Source: Thermoplasmatales archaeon SW_10_69_26
Lineage (GTDB): Archaea > Thermoplasmatota > SW-10-69-26
NCBI GenBank assembly: GCA_003009755.1
Contig: PXUB01000041.1
Coordinates: 1 to 56,748 of the forward strand
Length of the DNA: 56,748 nucleotides
Direction of reading: 5' to 3'
Shown here: in pieces, positions 8,140 to 17,700 of the stretch
How the letters are laid out: every line of letters begins with the position of its first letter
Position numbering within the stretch: the stretch's first letter is position 1
Notes under the pieces: model-generated
Databases searched by the model: none
Told to the model about the DNA's origin: nothing
What the model saw: the letters and a program-made list of their open reading frames with translations, nothing else
Translations under genes and position numbers: made by a program

Positions 8140-8440
8140 TGTTCCTCCTGTTTCGCGTGGCTTGGCCTGCCAAGGCCACGCGGCACAGGGGATCGCTCCC
8201 GTTTGCCGAGCCCGGTTCACGACGGGGTCGACTTCCCTCGCAAGCGATCGACAGCGACCGGACTGACGAGCCGAGGGTCGGACGGATGGGGAGGAGGTGT
8301 GGGGAGCGGCACGAAGGGTGGTCCTGGATCCCCCATCCGTCCCTCCCGCGTCGGGAACCGCGGGTACTCCCCCCAGCCGCCTCGCCTCGCATCAGGGTTC
8401 AGCCGGACACCTCCGGCACGAACATGCACACTGTTCAACC
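8140..8440 (-). ncRNA. Candidate IS110 left-end non-coding (bridge-RNA-like) region
   Basis: About 300 bp non-coding immediately upstream of the IS110 fragment, with hairpins near 8154-8181, 8227-8252, 8280-8342 (12-bp stem, large interior), 8345-8364 and 8402-8417. Confidence 0.45.
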
Positions 8441-8459
8441 CCGACCTCCCTGAGCCGGT

Positions 8460-10691
8460 GTGCCCGAGCTGGCCGAGCTGGCGCGCCGCCTGCACGAGCA
8501 GGCCCGCGAGCGCGACGAGCGCCGAGCGATCGTCCTCCACGGCGACCGAGCCGCGGGCTACGAGGCCGTCCGCACGATCCTCGAGGCCGCCTCGATCGAT
8601 CCCACGGAGGGGTTGCTCGTCGGCCCGAAACCGATCGAGGACCTGCCGCTTTCGCGCCTGAAGCGCGAGCGATCCCGCGAGGTGCTCGGCACCACGTGGC
8701 CCGTGCTCGCGCTGGATGCCCACGAGTCGCTGGATCCCAACGACATCGGGCGCACGGTCGGCGCCGTCGACGGCGGCGGCCTGTACCTGCTGCTCACCCC
8801 GAACCTGGGCGGCTGGCCGGACCGCAGGGGGGCCTTCGACCGCAGCCTGGCCGTGCCCCCCTACGAAACGTCCGACGTCGCCGGCCGCTTCCGCCGACGT
8901 CTCGTCGAGACGCTGGAGACCGGCGAGGGCATCGCGATCGTCGACGTCGACGCCGACGAGATCCAACGCGACGGTCTCCGCGAAGGCCCCGCGACGAGCG
9001 GGACCTCGGCGCCGTCCGCCCCGGATCGGACGGTGTTCCCGGCCGCGGTCTACGAAGCCTGCCGCACCCGGGACCAGGCCGACACCGTCCACGCGCTGGA
9101 GGGCTTGCTCGATCCCGGCCAGATCGTCGTCGTCGAAGCCGACCGCGGCCGCGGCAAGTCCAGCGCCGCCGGCCTCGCCGTCGGGGGCCTGCTCGAGCGC
9201 GGCGCCGAGGTCCTCGTCACCGCGCCCCGCCGCAGCAACGTCGACGAGGTGTTCGCCCGCGCCCGCGAGGTCGCCGACCAACGGGACCTCGCCACCGACG
9301 AGGAGGGTCACCTGCTGCGAGCCGGCGAAGGCCAGCTCGTCTACCGCCGACCGCTGGACGCGCTCGCGGCGGCCGACGCGGCGGATGCGATCGTCGTGGA
9401 CGAGGCCGCCGGGCTCCCCGTTCACCTGCTCGAACGGTTCCTCGAGCCGCGCACCCCCGTCGTGTTCGCTTCCACCATCCACGGCTACGAGGGCGCCGGC
9501 CGCGGGTTCAGCCTCCGCCTGCAGGACCGCCTCGACGCCAGCCCTCGGCCCGTCCACCGGCTCACGATGCGTCGACCGATCCGCTACGCGGCCGAGGACC
9601 CCCTGGAGGCCTGGTCCTTTCGGGCCCTGCTGCTCGACGCCGAACCGGCTCCCGGCGATGCCATCGACCCCGTCGAGCCCCGCCGGGCCACCTACGAGGC
9701 GCCCTCGGCCGAAAAGCTCCTCGAGGACGAGGCGCTGCTACGCGAGGGCTTCGGTCTGCTCGTGCTCGCCCACTACCGCACGACGCCCTCGGACCTGGCC
9801 CGCTTGCTCGATGCCCCGAACGTCTCGATGCACTGCCTGACCATCGAGGACCACGTCGTCAGCGTCGCCCTCACCGCCCGCGAAGGCGGTCTCGGCGATC
9901 GCATGCGCAAGCGCATGTACGGAGGCGAGCGCGTGCCCGGCAACCTCATCCCCGACCTGCTCACCAGCCAACTGCGCGACCCCGACGCCGGCCGACCGGT
10001 GGGCAAGCGCGTGCTCCGCATCGCGACCCACCCCGACCATCGGCGCCGAGGCTACGCCAGCCGCCTGCTGACCGAGATCGCGTCCGCCGCCGACGTCGAC
10101 TGGCTGGGCACGTCGTATGGCGCCACGCCGGGCCTGCTCGCGTTCTGGGACCAGCTGGGCTACCGCACCGTGCACCTCTCGGCCCGACGCAACCCCACCA
10201 GCGGCGAGCACTCCGCCATCCAGCTCAACCCCCACACCTCCGAGGGCGAGGACCTCACCCAGCGCAGCGAGGCCTGGCTGCTGCGTCGGCTGCCCAGCGT
10301 GCTCGCCGACGCCCTAGACGAGGTCGATCCCGACCTCGTCCGCGCCGCGTTGGCCGGGCTCGCGGAACCGCCGCGCCTCGCCATCGGCGAACGCGAGTGG
10401 CGCCTCGTCGCGGCTGCCGCCTACGGTCCCGGCGTCTACGACATCGGCCCCCGCGCCTTCCGGCAACTGGCCATCCGCCACCTCGTCGACGGCGAGGTGG
10501 ACCTCGACGACCGGGCCGAGCGGCTGCTCGTCACCAAGGTCCTGCAAGCCCGCGAGTGGGAGGAGGTCGCCGAGGAGCTCGGGTTCCAATCCAAGCGCAT
10601 GGCGATGCGCGGCCTGGGCGATGCCTACCAGCCGCTCGTCGACGCCTACGGCGACGATGCGGCCCACGAGGAAGCCGATCGGTTCCGGTGA
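8460..10691 (+). CDS. tmcA: tRNA(Met) cytidine acetyltransferase TmcA / Nat10 homolog
   Basis: GRTVGAVDGGG, ADRGRGKSSAAG, VDEAAG, STIHGYEGAGRGF, PIRYA.EDPLE, HYRTTPSDL, RIATHP..RRRGYAS, SGEHS. Confidence 0.95.
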   Translation: MPELAELARRLHEQARERDERRAIVLHGDRAAGYEAVRTILEAASIDPTEGLLVGPKPIEDLPLSRLKRERSREVLGTTWPVLALDAHESLDPNDIGRTVGAVDGGGLYLLLTPNLGGWPDRRGAFDRSLAVPPYETSDVAGRFRRRLVETLETGEGIAIVDVDADEIQRDGLREGPATSGTSAPSAPDRTVFPAAVYEACRTRDQADTVHALEGLLDPGQIVVVEADRGRGKSSAAGLAVGGLLERGAEVLVTAPRRSNVDEVFARAREVADQRDLATDEEGHLLRAGEGQLVYRRPLDALAAADAADAIVVDEAAGLPVHLLERFLEPRTPVVFASTIHGYEGAGRGFSLRLQDRLDASPRPVHRLTMRRPIRYAAEDPLEAWSFRALLLDAEPAPGDAIDPVEPRRATYEAPSAEKLLEDEALLREGFGLLVLAHYRTTPSDLARLLDAPNVSMHCLTIEDHVVSVALTAREGGLGDRMRKRMYGGERVPGNLIPDLLTSQLRDPDAGRPVGKRVLRIATHPDHRRRGYASRLLTEIASAADVDWLGTSYGATPGLLAFWDQLGYRTVHLSARRNPTSGEHSAIQLNPHTSEGEDLTQRSEAWLLRRLPSVLADALDEVDPDLVRAALAGLAEPPRLAIGEREWRLVAAAAYGPGVYDIGPRAFRQLAIRHLVDGEVDLDDRAERLLVTKVLQAREWEEVAEELGFQSKRMAMRGLGDAYQPLVDAYGDDAAHEEADRFR

Positions 10692-10867
10692 GACCGAGAC
10701 ACACGATGGCGAGCCGAACGGGAACAACCGACCGCTAACGAAGAACGTTTATGTACTGCAGACCCAGTGGCTGAGGCACGGCCGACCCGGGAGGCGACGC
10801 CGGACGGAGGCTGATCGCTATCGACACCAACCACTCGACCGGTTGCGACGACGCTGCAGGCGCGCGC

Positions 10868-13800
10868 GTGCTTGCAATCGTGACCGCCGCGATGCTCGTC
10901 CTCACCTCGATGCCCTACGCGATCTCGGCTCAGACCGAGACCAACCAACCACCGCAGGCGGCCATCACGATCTCGGGCGCCTGCTCGGGCGACGACGTGG
11001 TGCAGTCCGGATCCACCACCGACAAGATCGCACGCGACCTCGACGGCGACGGCCAAGTCTGCGTGGTGCTCGACGGTAGCCAAAGCACCAACGACGACGA
11101 CATCGGCTGCTCGAAGACCGAGGACCGCCCGATCAAGACGTACTACTGGGACAAGAACGACGTCTCGCAGGGCCGCTCGGACCAACCCACCGAGCAACGC
11201 ACCGTCCACATCGCCGGCAACGACACCGTCGACTGGGGCCTCACCGTCGAGGACTGGTGCGGCGAGACGTCCGGTCGAGCGAACGTGTCCGTGGACTACG
11301 TCGCCAACCAGCAGCCGCAGGCCGCCTTCGACGTCGACGTCACCGAGGACACCGACGGCGACGGCGAAGACGCGATCGACGTCGACGCTACCCCGTCCAG
11401 CGATGACGGCTCGATCACGGGCTGGAACTGGTCGATCGCCACCGCCGGCTCCGCCTGCGTCGAGGACACGCAGCAGAGCTTCCAGGCCACGTGCCCGACC
11501 GGCGAGTGGACGATCAGCCTCACCGTGACGGACGACGCCGGCGCCCAGGACACGATCGAGGTCGACAGCAGCGAAGACGATGCCCTGCCGGCGCTGCCGG
11601 CCAACGCGCCGCCGACCGACCCACAGATCACGGGCGTCACCTGCGACAACAGCACCGCCACCGAGCACGGCACCGAGTGCACCGACCCGCTACCGGTCAC
11701 CGTCACCGTCGACGGGGACGGCATGGACGATGAAACCGTGCACAAGTGCCAGTGGAACGCGACCGAGCAGGCCCCCGTCGATTGCACGGCCAGCGAGACC
11801 GACCTGGACGTCACGTGCGCCTGGAGCTACGGCGACGGCGCCGATGCCAAGGTCGACTGCGGCAGCTCGGCCACACACGACTACGAGGCGGAGGACGACC
11901 ACAACCTCACGCTCACGGTCATCGACGAGGCCGGCGCGGAGACCGCGTCGACCGCCAACCAGACGATCACGATCACGGAACCGGCCGCGCCCGAGCCCGA
12001 TCCCCAAACCGACAAGGCCCCCATCACGCTGAAGCAAGAAGGCTTCGACGGCGCCGACGACATCGAGTTCGCCACCGAGGGCCCCTCGCCCAGCAACGAC
12101 ACCTGGTCCACCGACGGCCTAGCCCACTACTCGGCCGCCTGCATGGACGACAAACAGCTCGGCCTCTACGGCGATCGGGACGCCGCCCTCCAGTTCAACG
12201 AGAAGGTCGTCTTCGACGGCTACGTGCTCGTCGACAGCCTGACCGTGCCCGGCGACCAGCTGGCACCGCTGTTCGATCCCGCCGTCAGCCCGGACGACGA
12301 CGCCGGCGGCCCGCGATGCACCTACGACGACACCGCCGGCCAGGGTGAGGCCACCTTCACCGTACCCGCTGACGATCTCAGCTTCAAGGAAGCCGACTGG
12401 AGCCAGCTCGGCGTTTCCTTCACCCACTGGGGCGAGCTCGAGGCCGACCAAGCGAACGAGCCCGACCTCGACGAGGTCTCCGTCGAGATCAAGCCCGCCT
12501 CCACCAGCACGTGGACGACGCTCGACGACTGGGAGACGCTCCCCCAGCAACCCACGCGGGAATCCTTCGAGATCCAGCGGACCGACGCGGACGCCCTCGG
12601 CGAGGACCTCGAGCTTCGGTTCGCGTTCGAGGCCGATCAGGACTTCAACGACCACCGAGGCTGGTTCGTCGACAACGTCGAGGTCACAGGTTCGGACCTG
12701 TGCCCCACCGCGAAGACCAACGTCCCGAGCCTCGTCGACATCGGTCCGGAGCTGAACTCGACCCTCGTCACCTTGGACGCGAGCCCTAGCTACGACCGCC
12801 TAGGCACCATCGAGACGTTCCGCTGGACCGACGCCTCCGGCGATCTGGATGTCACCGGCGAGACGGTGGACGTCCGACTGGACCGAGGCCAGCACGATCT
12901 CACGCTCGACGTCACCGACGACAACGGCTGCTCGGATACGATCAGCTTCACCGTGACCGTCGACCGGTTCCCCGTCGCGGACGCGAGCGTCGACCCCTCG
13001 GTCTCCCAGGTGGACCACGACGGTTCCGGCGACGAGGAGTTCCGTCTCAACGGCTCCGACAGCTTCGACCCCGAGGACGGGGACGTGGCCTGCGAGTGGA
13101 CCGACACCGACGACAACGTCGTGGCCAGCACCTGCGTCGTGAACGTGACGGTCCCCGTGGGGAACGAGACCATCAAGCTCACCGTCAACGACACCGTCGG
13201 CGCCACCGACTCGACGAACCTGACCCTCGAGGTCGCGGCGAACCCGGACCCGACGGCGGCGACCGGGCCCAACCGGACCGTCCGCGACGCCAACCGATCA
13301 GGGGCTACCGAGGTCACGCTGGACGCCTCCGGCAGCTCCGACACCGGTGACGGTGAGATCACGGCGTACGAGTGGTCCGAAAACGGCAAAACGATCGCAA
13401 ACGGGGAGATGGCTGAGGTCAACCTCTCCTCCGCCAGCGCGCCCGGCGAGGACCACAACATCACGCTCACCGTGACCGACAGCGGCGGTGGGAGCGATAC
13501 GGACGTGGTCACCCTCACCGTCGTCGAGAACGAGCTCCCCGAGATGGCCCCGAACATCACCTGTGATCGCCTGACCTGCAATTTCACCGCCAACGCCGAA
13601 GATGACACGGCCGTGGAGCAGTGCACCTGGACCGTCGGCGACCGCGACGAGACTGGGTGCGAGATCACCTGGGACTTCGACGAGCCCGGGAGCTACCAAG
13701 TGAACCTCACCGTGCTCGACGAAGAAGGAGAGACCAACAACACATCGGTGAATCAAGGCTTCGAGACGGTGTTCATCGACAGCTTCGAGGACGGGGGGCT

Positions 13801-14275
13801 CGGCGACTGGAGCCTGGCCTCGACCGGCGAGGGAGAGAACCTGTGGCGGGTCGGTGCCGACTGCGAAACGCCGGGCGACGACCGGGACGGCGACGCCGCG
13901 CTGCAGTTCAACCGAGAAGCGATCTGCGACTACGATTCCGACGAGGTCCCGCAGGGCGCTGTCGAGCGAGCCGTCAACCTCACCGACCGTGAGGAGGCCG
14001 ACCTCACCTTCCGGCACTACTACGAGGTCGAGACGGACTGCTCGGGCTCCTTCGACCAGATGTGGATCAACGTCAGCACCGACGGAGGCGCAACGTGGAA
14101 TACAGTGACCGGCTTCGACTGCCAAGATGGGAACACCGACGGATGGCGGATCATCACCGAGTCCCTGGATCCCTGGGTGGGCGAGGAGGTCACCCTCCGC
14201 TACGCCTTCGACGCCAACGACGGGTTCAGCAACAGCGGCAAGGGTTGGCTCGTCGACCGGATCACCGTCTGGTGA
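10868..14275 (+). CDS. Large secreted acidic PKD-domain protein with two MAM/immune-inhibitor-A-like jelly-roll modules
   Basis: Signal peptide; repeated LDASxS.D..G.I..Y.W...LTVTD..G PKD motifs; LRFAF..D......GWFVDNVEV and LRYAF........GWLVDRITV. Confidence 0.8.
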   Translation: MLAIVTAAMLVLTSMPYAISAQTETNQPPQAAITISGACSGDDVVQSGSTTDKIARDLDGDGQVCVVLDGSQSTNDDDIGCSKTEDRPIKTYYWDKNDVSQGRSDQPTEQRTVHIAGNDTVDWGLTVEDWCGETSGRANVSVDYVANQQPQAAFDVDVTEDTDGDGEDAIDVDATPSSDDGSITGWNWSIATAGSACVEDTQQSFQATCPTGEWTISLTVTDDAGAQDTIEVDSSEDDALPALPANAPPTDPQITGVTCDNSTATEHGTECTDPLPVTVTVDGDGMDDETVHKCQWNATEQAPVDCTASETDLDVTCAWSYGDGADAKVDCGSSATHDYEAEDDHNLTLTVIDEAGAETASTANQTITITEPAAPEPDPQTDKAPITLKQEGFDGADDIEFATEGPSPSNDTWSTDGLAHYSAACMDDKQLGLYGDRDAALQFNEKVVFDGYVLVDSLTVPGDQLAPLFDPAVSPDDDAGGPRCTYDDTAGQGEATFTVPADDLSFKEADWSQLGVSFTHWGELEADQANEPDLDEVSVEIKPASTSTWTTLDDWETLPQQPTRESFEIQRTDADALGEDLELRFAFEADQDFNDHRGWFVDNVEVTGSDLCPTAKTNVPSLVDIGPELNSTLVTLDASPSYDRLGTIETFRWTDASGDLDVTGETVDVRLDRGQHDLTLDVTDDNGCSDTISFTVTVDRFPVADASVDPSVSQVDHDGSGDEEFRLNGSDSFDPEDGDVACEWTDTDDNVVASTCVVNVTVPVGNETIKLTVNDTVGATDSTNLTLEVAANPDPTAATGPNRTVRDANRSGATEVTLDASGSSDTGDGEITAYEWSENGKTIANGEMAEVNLSSASAPGEDHNITLTVTDSGGGSDTDVVTLTVVENELPEMAPNITCDRLTCNFTANAEDDTAVEQCTWTVGDRDETGCEITWDFDEPGSYQVNLTVLDEEGETNNTSVNQGFETVFIDSFEDGGLGDWSLASTGEGENLWRVGADCETPGDDRDGDAALQFNREAICDYDSDEVPQGAVERAVNLTDREEADLTFRHYYEVETDCSGSFDQMWINVSTDGGATWNTVTGFDCQDGNTDGWRIITESLDPWVGEEVTLRYAFDANDGFSNSGKGWLVDRITVW

Positions 14276-14330
14276 GCTAAGCCTCGACCCGGCCGGGGCC
14301 TCTGGGGCCTCGGCCGTTCCGCCGCCTCTC

Positions 14331-14516
14331 TCAGTCCACGGGATCGAACTCGATCTCGTCTTCCTCGTCTGCTGTCTGAGCCTGCATGTAGTGGTCGATC
14401 AAGCGGTTGACCAGCTCGTCGTAGGTCTCTCCCTTGCTACCCAGCGCCTTCAACCGATCGCGGGTGTCCTTCGACAGCGGGATCGTGGTGCGAGACACCG
14501 ACCCCGCGATGCGCAT
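14331..14516 (-). CDS. Small ribbon-helix-helix / antitoxin-like DNA-binding protein
   Basis: TTIPLSKDTRDRLKALGSKGETYDELVNRLID, a common small archaeal RHH-like family. Start uncertain (14516 or 14498). Confidence 0.7.
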   Translation of the reverse strand: MRIAGSVSRTTIPLSKDTRDRLKALGSKGETYDELVNRLIDHYMQAQTADEEDEIEFDPVD

Positions 14517-14589
14517 CCCCGTGTAAAACCGTGGCCACCACTCGTGCAGCTCTCCTGGAGCCCGAGTCCGACGCTCCTTCGGACTTCGA

Positions 14590-14730
14590 TGGAAAGTCGT
14601 TAGTGTTTTCTGGAAAACTTCCATAGGACCTTCCAAAGGGTTTCATAGACGTCATCGAATCCGGCCAAAGAACAAATAAATAGTGTGAATAGTTGATATT
14701 CCTGTGCATAACTCTCAGGAGGAAAGTTTA
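14590..14730. promoter_or_regulatory. AT-rich divergent promoter region
   Basis: Unusually AT-rich (AAAGAACAAATAAATAG, AAAGTTTATG) between the RHH gene and the giant surface protein gene; BRE/TATA-like. Confidence 0.45.
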
Positions 14731-14781
14731 TGGGGCTGCAGTCTCGCTCTCCGTCGCACGTTCAGGGAGCTGATCACGCCG

Positions 14782-17700
14782 ATGCCCCTACCCTCACCTC
14801 GAAACGACGGTCCGCGATCGACGGCGTTCTACGCCCTCCTCGCCATGGCTACCCTCGGCCTCCTGGTCGTGGTAGCTGGCGGGGTCTCCGCCGCGACGAT
14901 CAACGACATCGAATCCTACGCCTGGGCTTCCGACACGGGCGACCACGAGAACACGCTCAACCACGAATGGGTCCCCGTCAGCGAAGGATCGGGCGCCGGG
15001 GAATCTGACCGTGCCATCCCCTCGAAGGGTCTGGCGCTCGTCGCCGTCAACTACACCATCGATGGAGACGCCTCCGAGATCAGCTTCCAGTACCTCGATA
15101 GCGGCGATACGGACGACACCGGGGACGACGAACCGGAGGAGGAGACATTCACGTACAAGTTCGGCGACCAAGAAGCTCCCTTCGACGAAGATGGTGATCG
15201 CGTCCACCGCGCCGCCAATGTCACTTACTTCGGGTCCGATGGCGTCGAGGCCACCACGGACGCAGATGCATGCGACGCTGAGGTCTCGGACCTGAGCGCC
15301 GGCACGAACGGAGGGTATTGCTGGTTCCTGATCGAGCTCCCCGACCCTAGCGAACGAGGAGCCTTCGGCGGCGAAGGGCTCGCCCCTGACACGACGTACA
15401 ACCTCCACGTCGACATCGCCGACAGCACCTCCCCCGCCCAGCAGCCCCAGCGTGGTGAGAACTCCGATCCCGTCGACCTCGCTCCCGTCGAACCCGACAC
15501 TGAGGTCACCAAGGCCGAGTTCGTGAACCCGAACGCACCGGGAGTCATCGAGACGGATCGCAACATCAAGTTCAACATGACGCTGGAGACCCAGAACTCC
15601 AGCGACCCACGAGGCACCGCCGGGGCAGGGAAAGCGAACGAGGGCGACGTCGACGCTTGGGTATGCCTCCCACGCGCCAACATCCTCGACCGCCCCTACA
15701 CCCACTTCAGCGCCTTCACCTCCGCATCGGACGGATGGGACAACCCTCCGACCTGTGACATCTACGACCTTCCTGTCTACGGTGACCGCAGCCGTGGCGA
15801 AACCACGTTCACGCTGGATGCCTACGGGGAGACGCACACCTTCGCGAGCGCGCTCACCCGCACGGACAACGACAGGACGGGCGGCCAGATCAACGACAAC
15901 CGGTCCTACGAGTACCAGTTCCAGCTCACGGAACCGCTACAGACCCCGGGCTCGGACTGGATCGACGAGTTCCAGATGACCGTCATCGTCCGGGACGCAT
16001 ACGGCAACGTCGAGTACCACGAGCTGGACGACGACTACAAGGGACAGAACAACGGGGATCCCGACAACCCGACCGGTCCCGGCGTCTTCAAGGTGGCCGA
16101 GTTCGACATCCGGCCCGACCTCCAGCAAACCTCCGGCGACGACGTCTCCACGTTCGAGGACGAGGACGGCTGCTACCAGCCCGACGACCCCAACAGCGAC
16201 GACAACAACCCGACCAACCCCTGCTTCCGCACGCTGGAGCTCCTACCCCCCTACGACAACATCGAGGTCCCGTTCCTCGTGGAGAACTTCGGCAACGCCG
16301 AGGACGAGGTCTCCCTCTCCACGTCCAACCCCCAAGAGGCGGGCAACCAAGCCTGGGACGTGTCCGTGGCCGACCCCGACGACAACCAGGACCCCAACAG
16401 CCTGACCTACCCGATCGCCGCCGCCCCGTCGTCCTCGCCCGACACCAGCGAGAAGTCTACGCCGAAGGTGATCTTCGATCTGCCGGAGGACGCGGTGGCC
16501 CCGGATAACCGGACGATCGAGGTCGAGGTCGACAGCGATCGAGCGACCAACTCCAACCCCAGCTCTGTGTTCCTCCAAGCCAAGCTGGCTCCCAACCCGC
16601 GCGGCGAGCTTCTGCTCGGCCCAAACGGGACCGAGGAGCGCCGCATAGACACCTCGCCCGACTCCACGACCAGCGTCGACCTCGCCTACGAGAACACCGG
16701 CAACACGGACGGGCCGTTCACCTTCGAGGTGGGCTCCGCCGACAACCGTTGCCGAGGTTTCAACCAGGGCAACGACGCCGAGAAGGTGGACCTCTCGCTC
16801 ATCGACAACGGCGTCGAGGACAACGGCCTGACGATCAGCCCCGGTGAGGACCGGTCGCTCACCGTCGACGTCGACGTAGGCCGCGACGTCCCCACGGGGG
16901 AGTACGAGTGCGATCTCGACGTGACCGACACGAGCGCTGGAGAAGACGTCCCACTGACCCCCCTCGATCCGACGATCGTCGTCGAGGTCACCGGCACCAC
17001 GAACATCGAGTTGCTGCGAACCACGGATGACGCCGACCGTGACGAAGTCAACGTCACAGGTCAACGTATCCACCAGTTCGCCGACCCGGCCGACGGCAAC
17101 CACAGTGTCGTGTTGTACATGGAGAACACCGGCGACGTGGCGCTCGAGCCCGAGCTCGACACCTCCTCGTCCGTGTTCCAGCTGGTCGACGAGAACGACC
17201 TCGATGCCACGTGGAGGGGCGACGTCAACGGCACGATGGACCTCGCCAAAGCCGCCTCCAGCTTCAAGCTCCCGGCCACCGACAATGACGACCGCGAACG
17301 CGTCAAGATCTCGGACATCTTCGAACCCGATGGAGCTCTCAAGTCAGGCGAAGATTTGACCGACGGAGACCAGTGGACTTGCGGGGGCGAAGATGGCGAC
17401 GAGGACAGTGACAGCGACCCTCGCGTCGTCTGCCGCCTCGAGTTCCAACTCGATTACTCTGACGACAACGCGATCATCGGTGACCGTACGGTCTACGACT
17501 TCCGTTGGAACGACCCCAGTCGAGACAGCGATCCCACGAACGCGACCCTGGACCTGGACTTCGGCTACCCGGGCGAGATCGCCACCGACAGCGTCTCCGA
17601 CCGCGTCGTCGGCGCCAACGGTCAAAGCAGCCGCGTCGTCTTCGAGGCCCAGCTCGACGAGGGACGGACGTTTGACGCGGCGCAGGACGCCGGCGACGAC

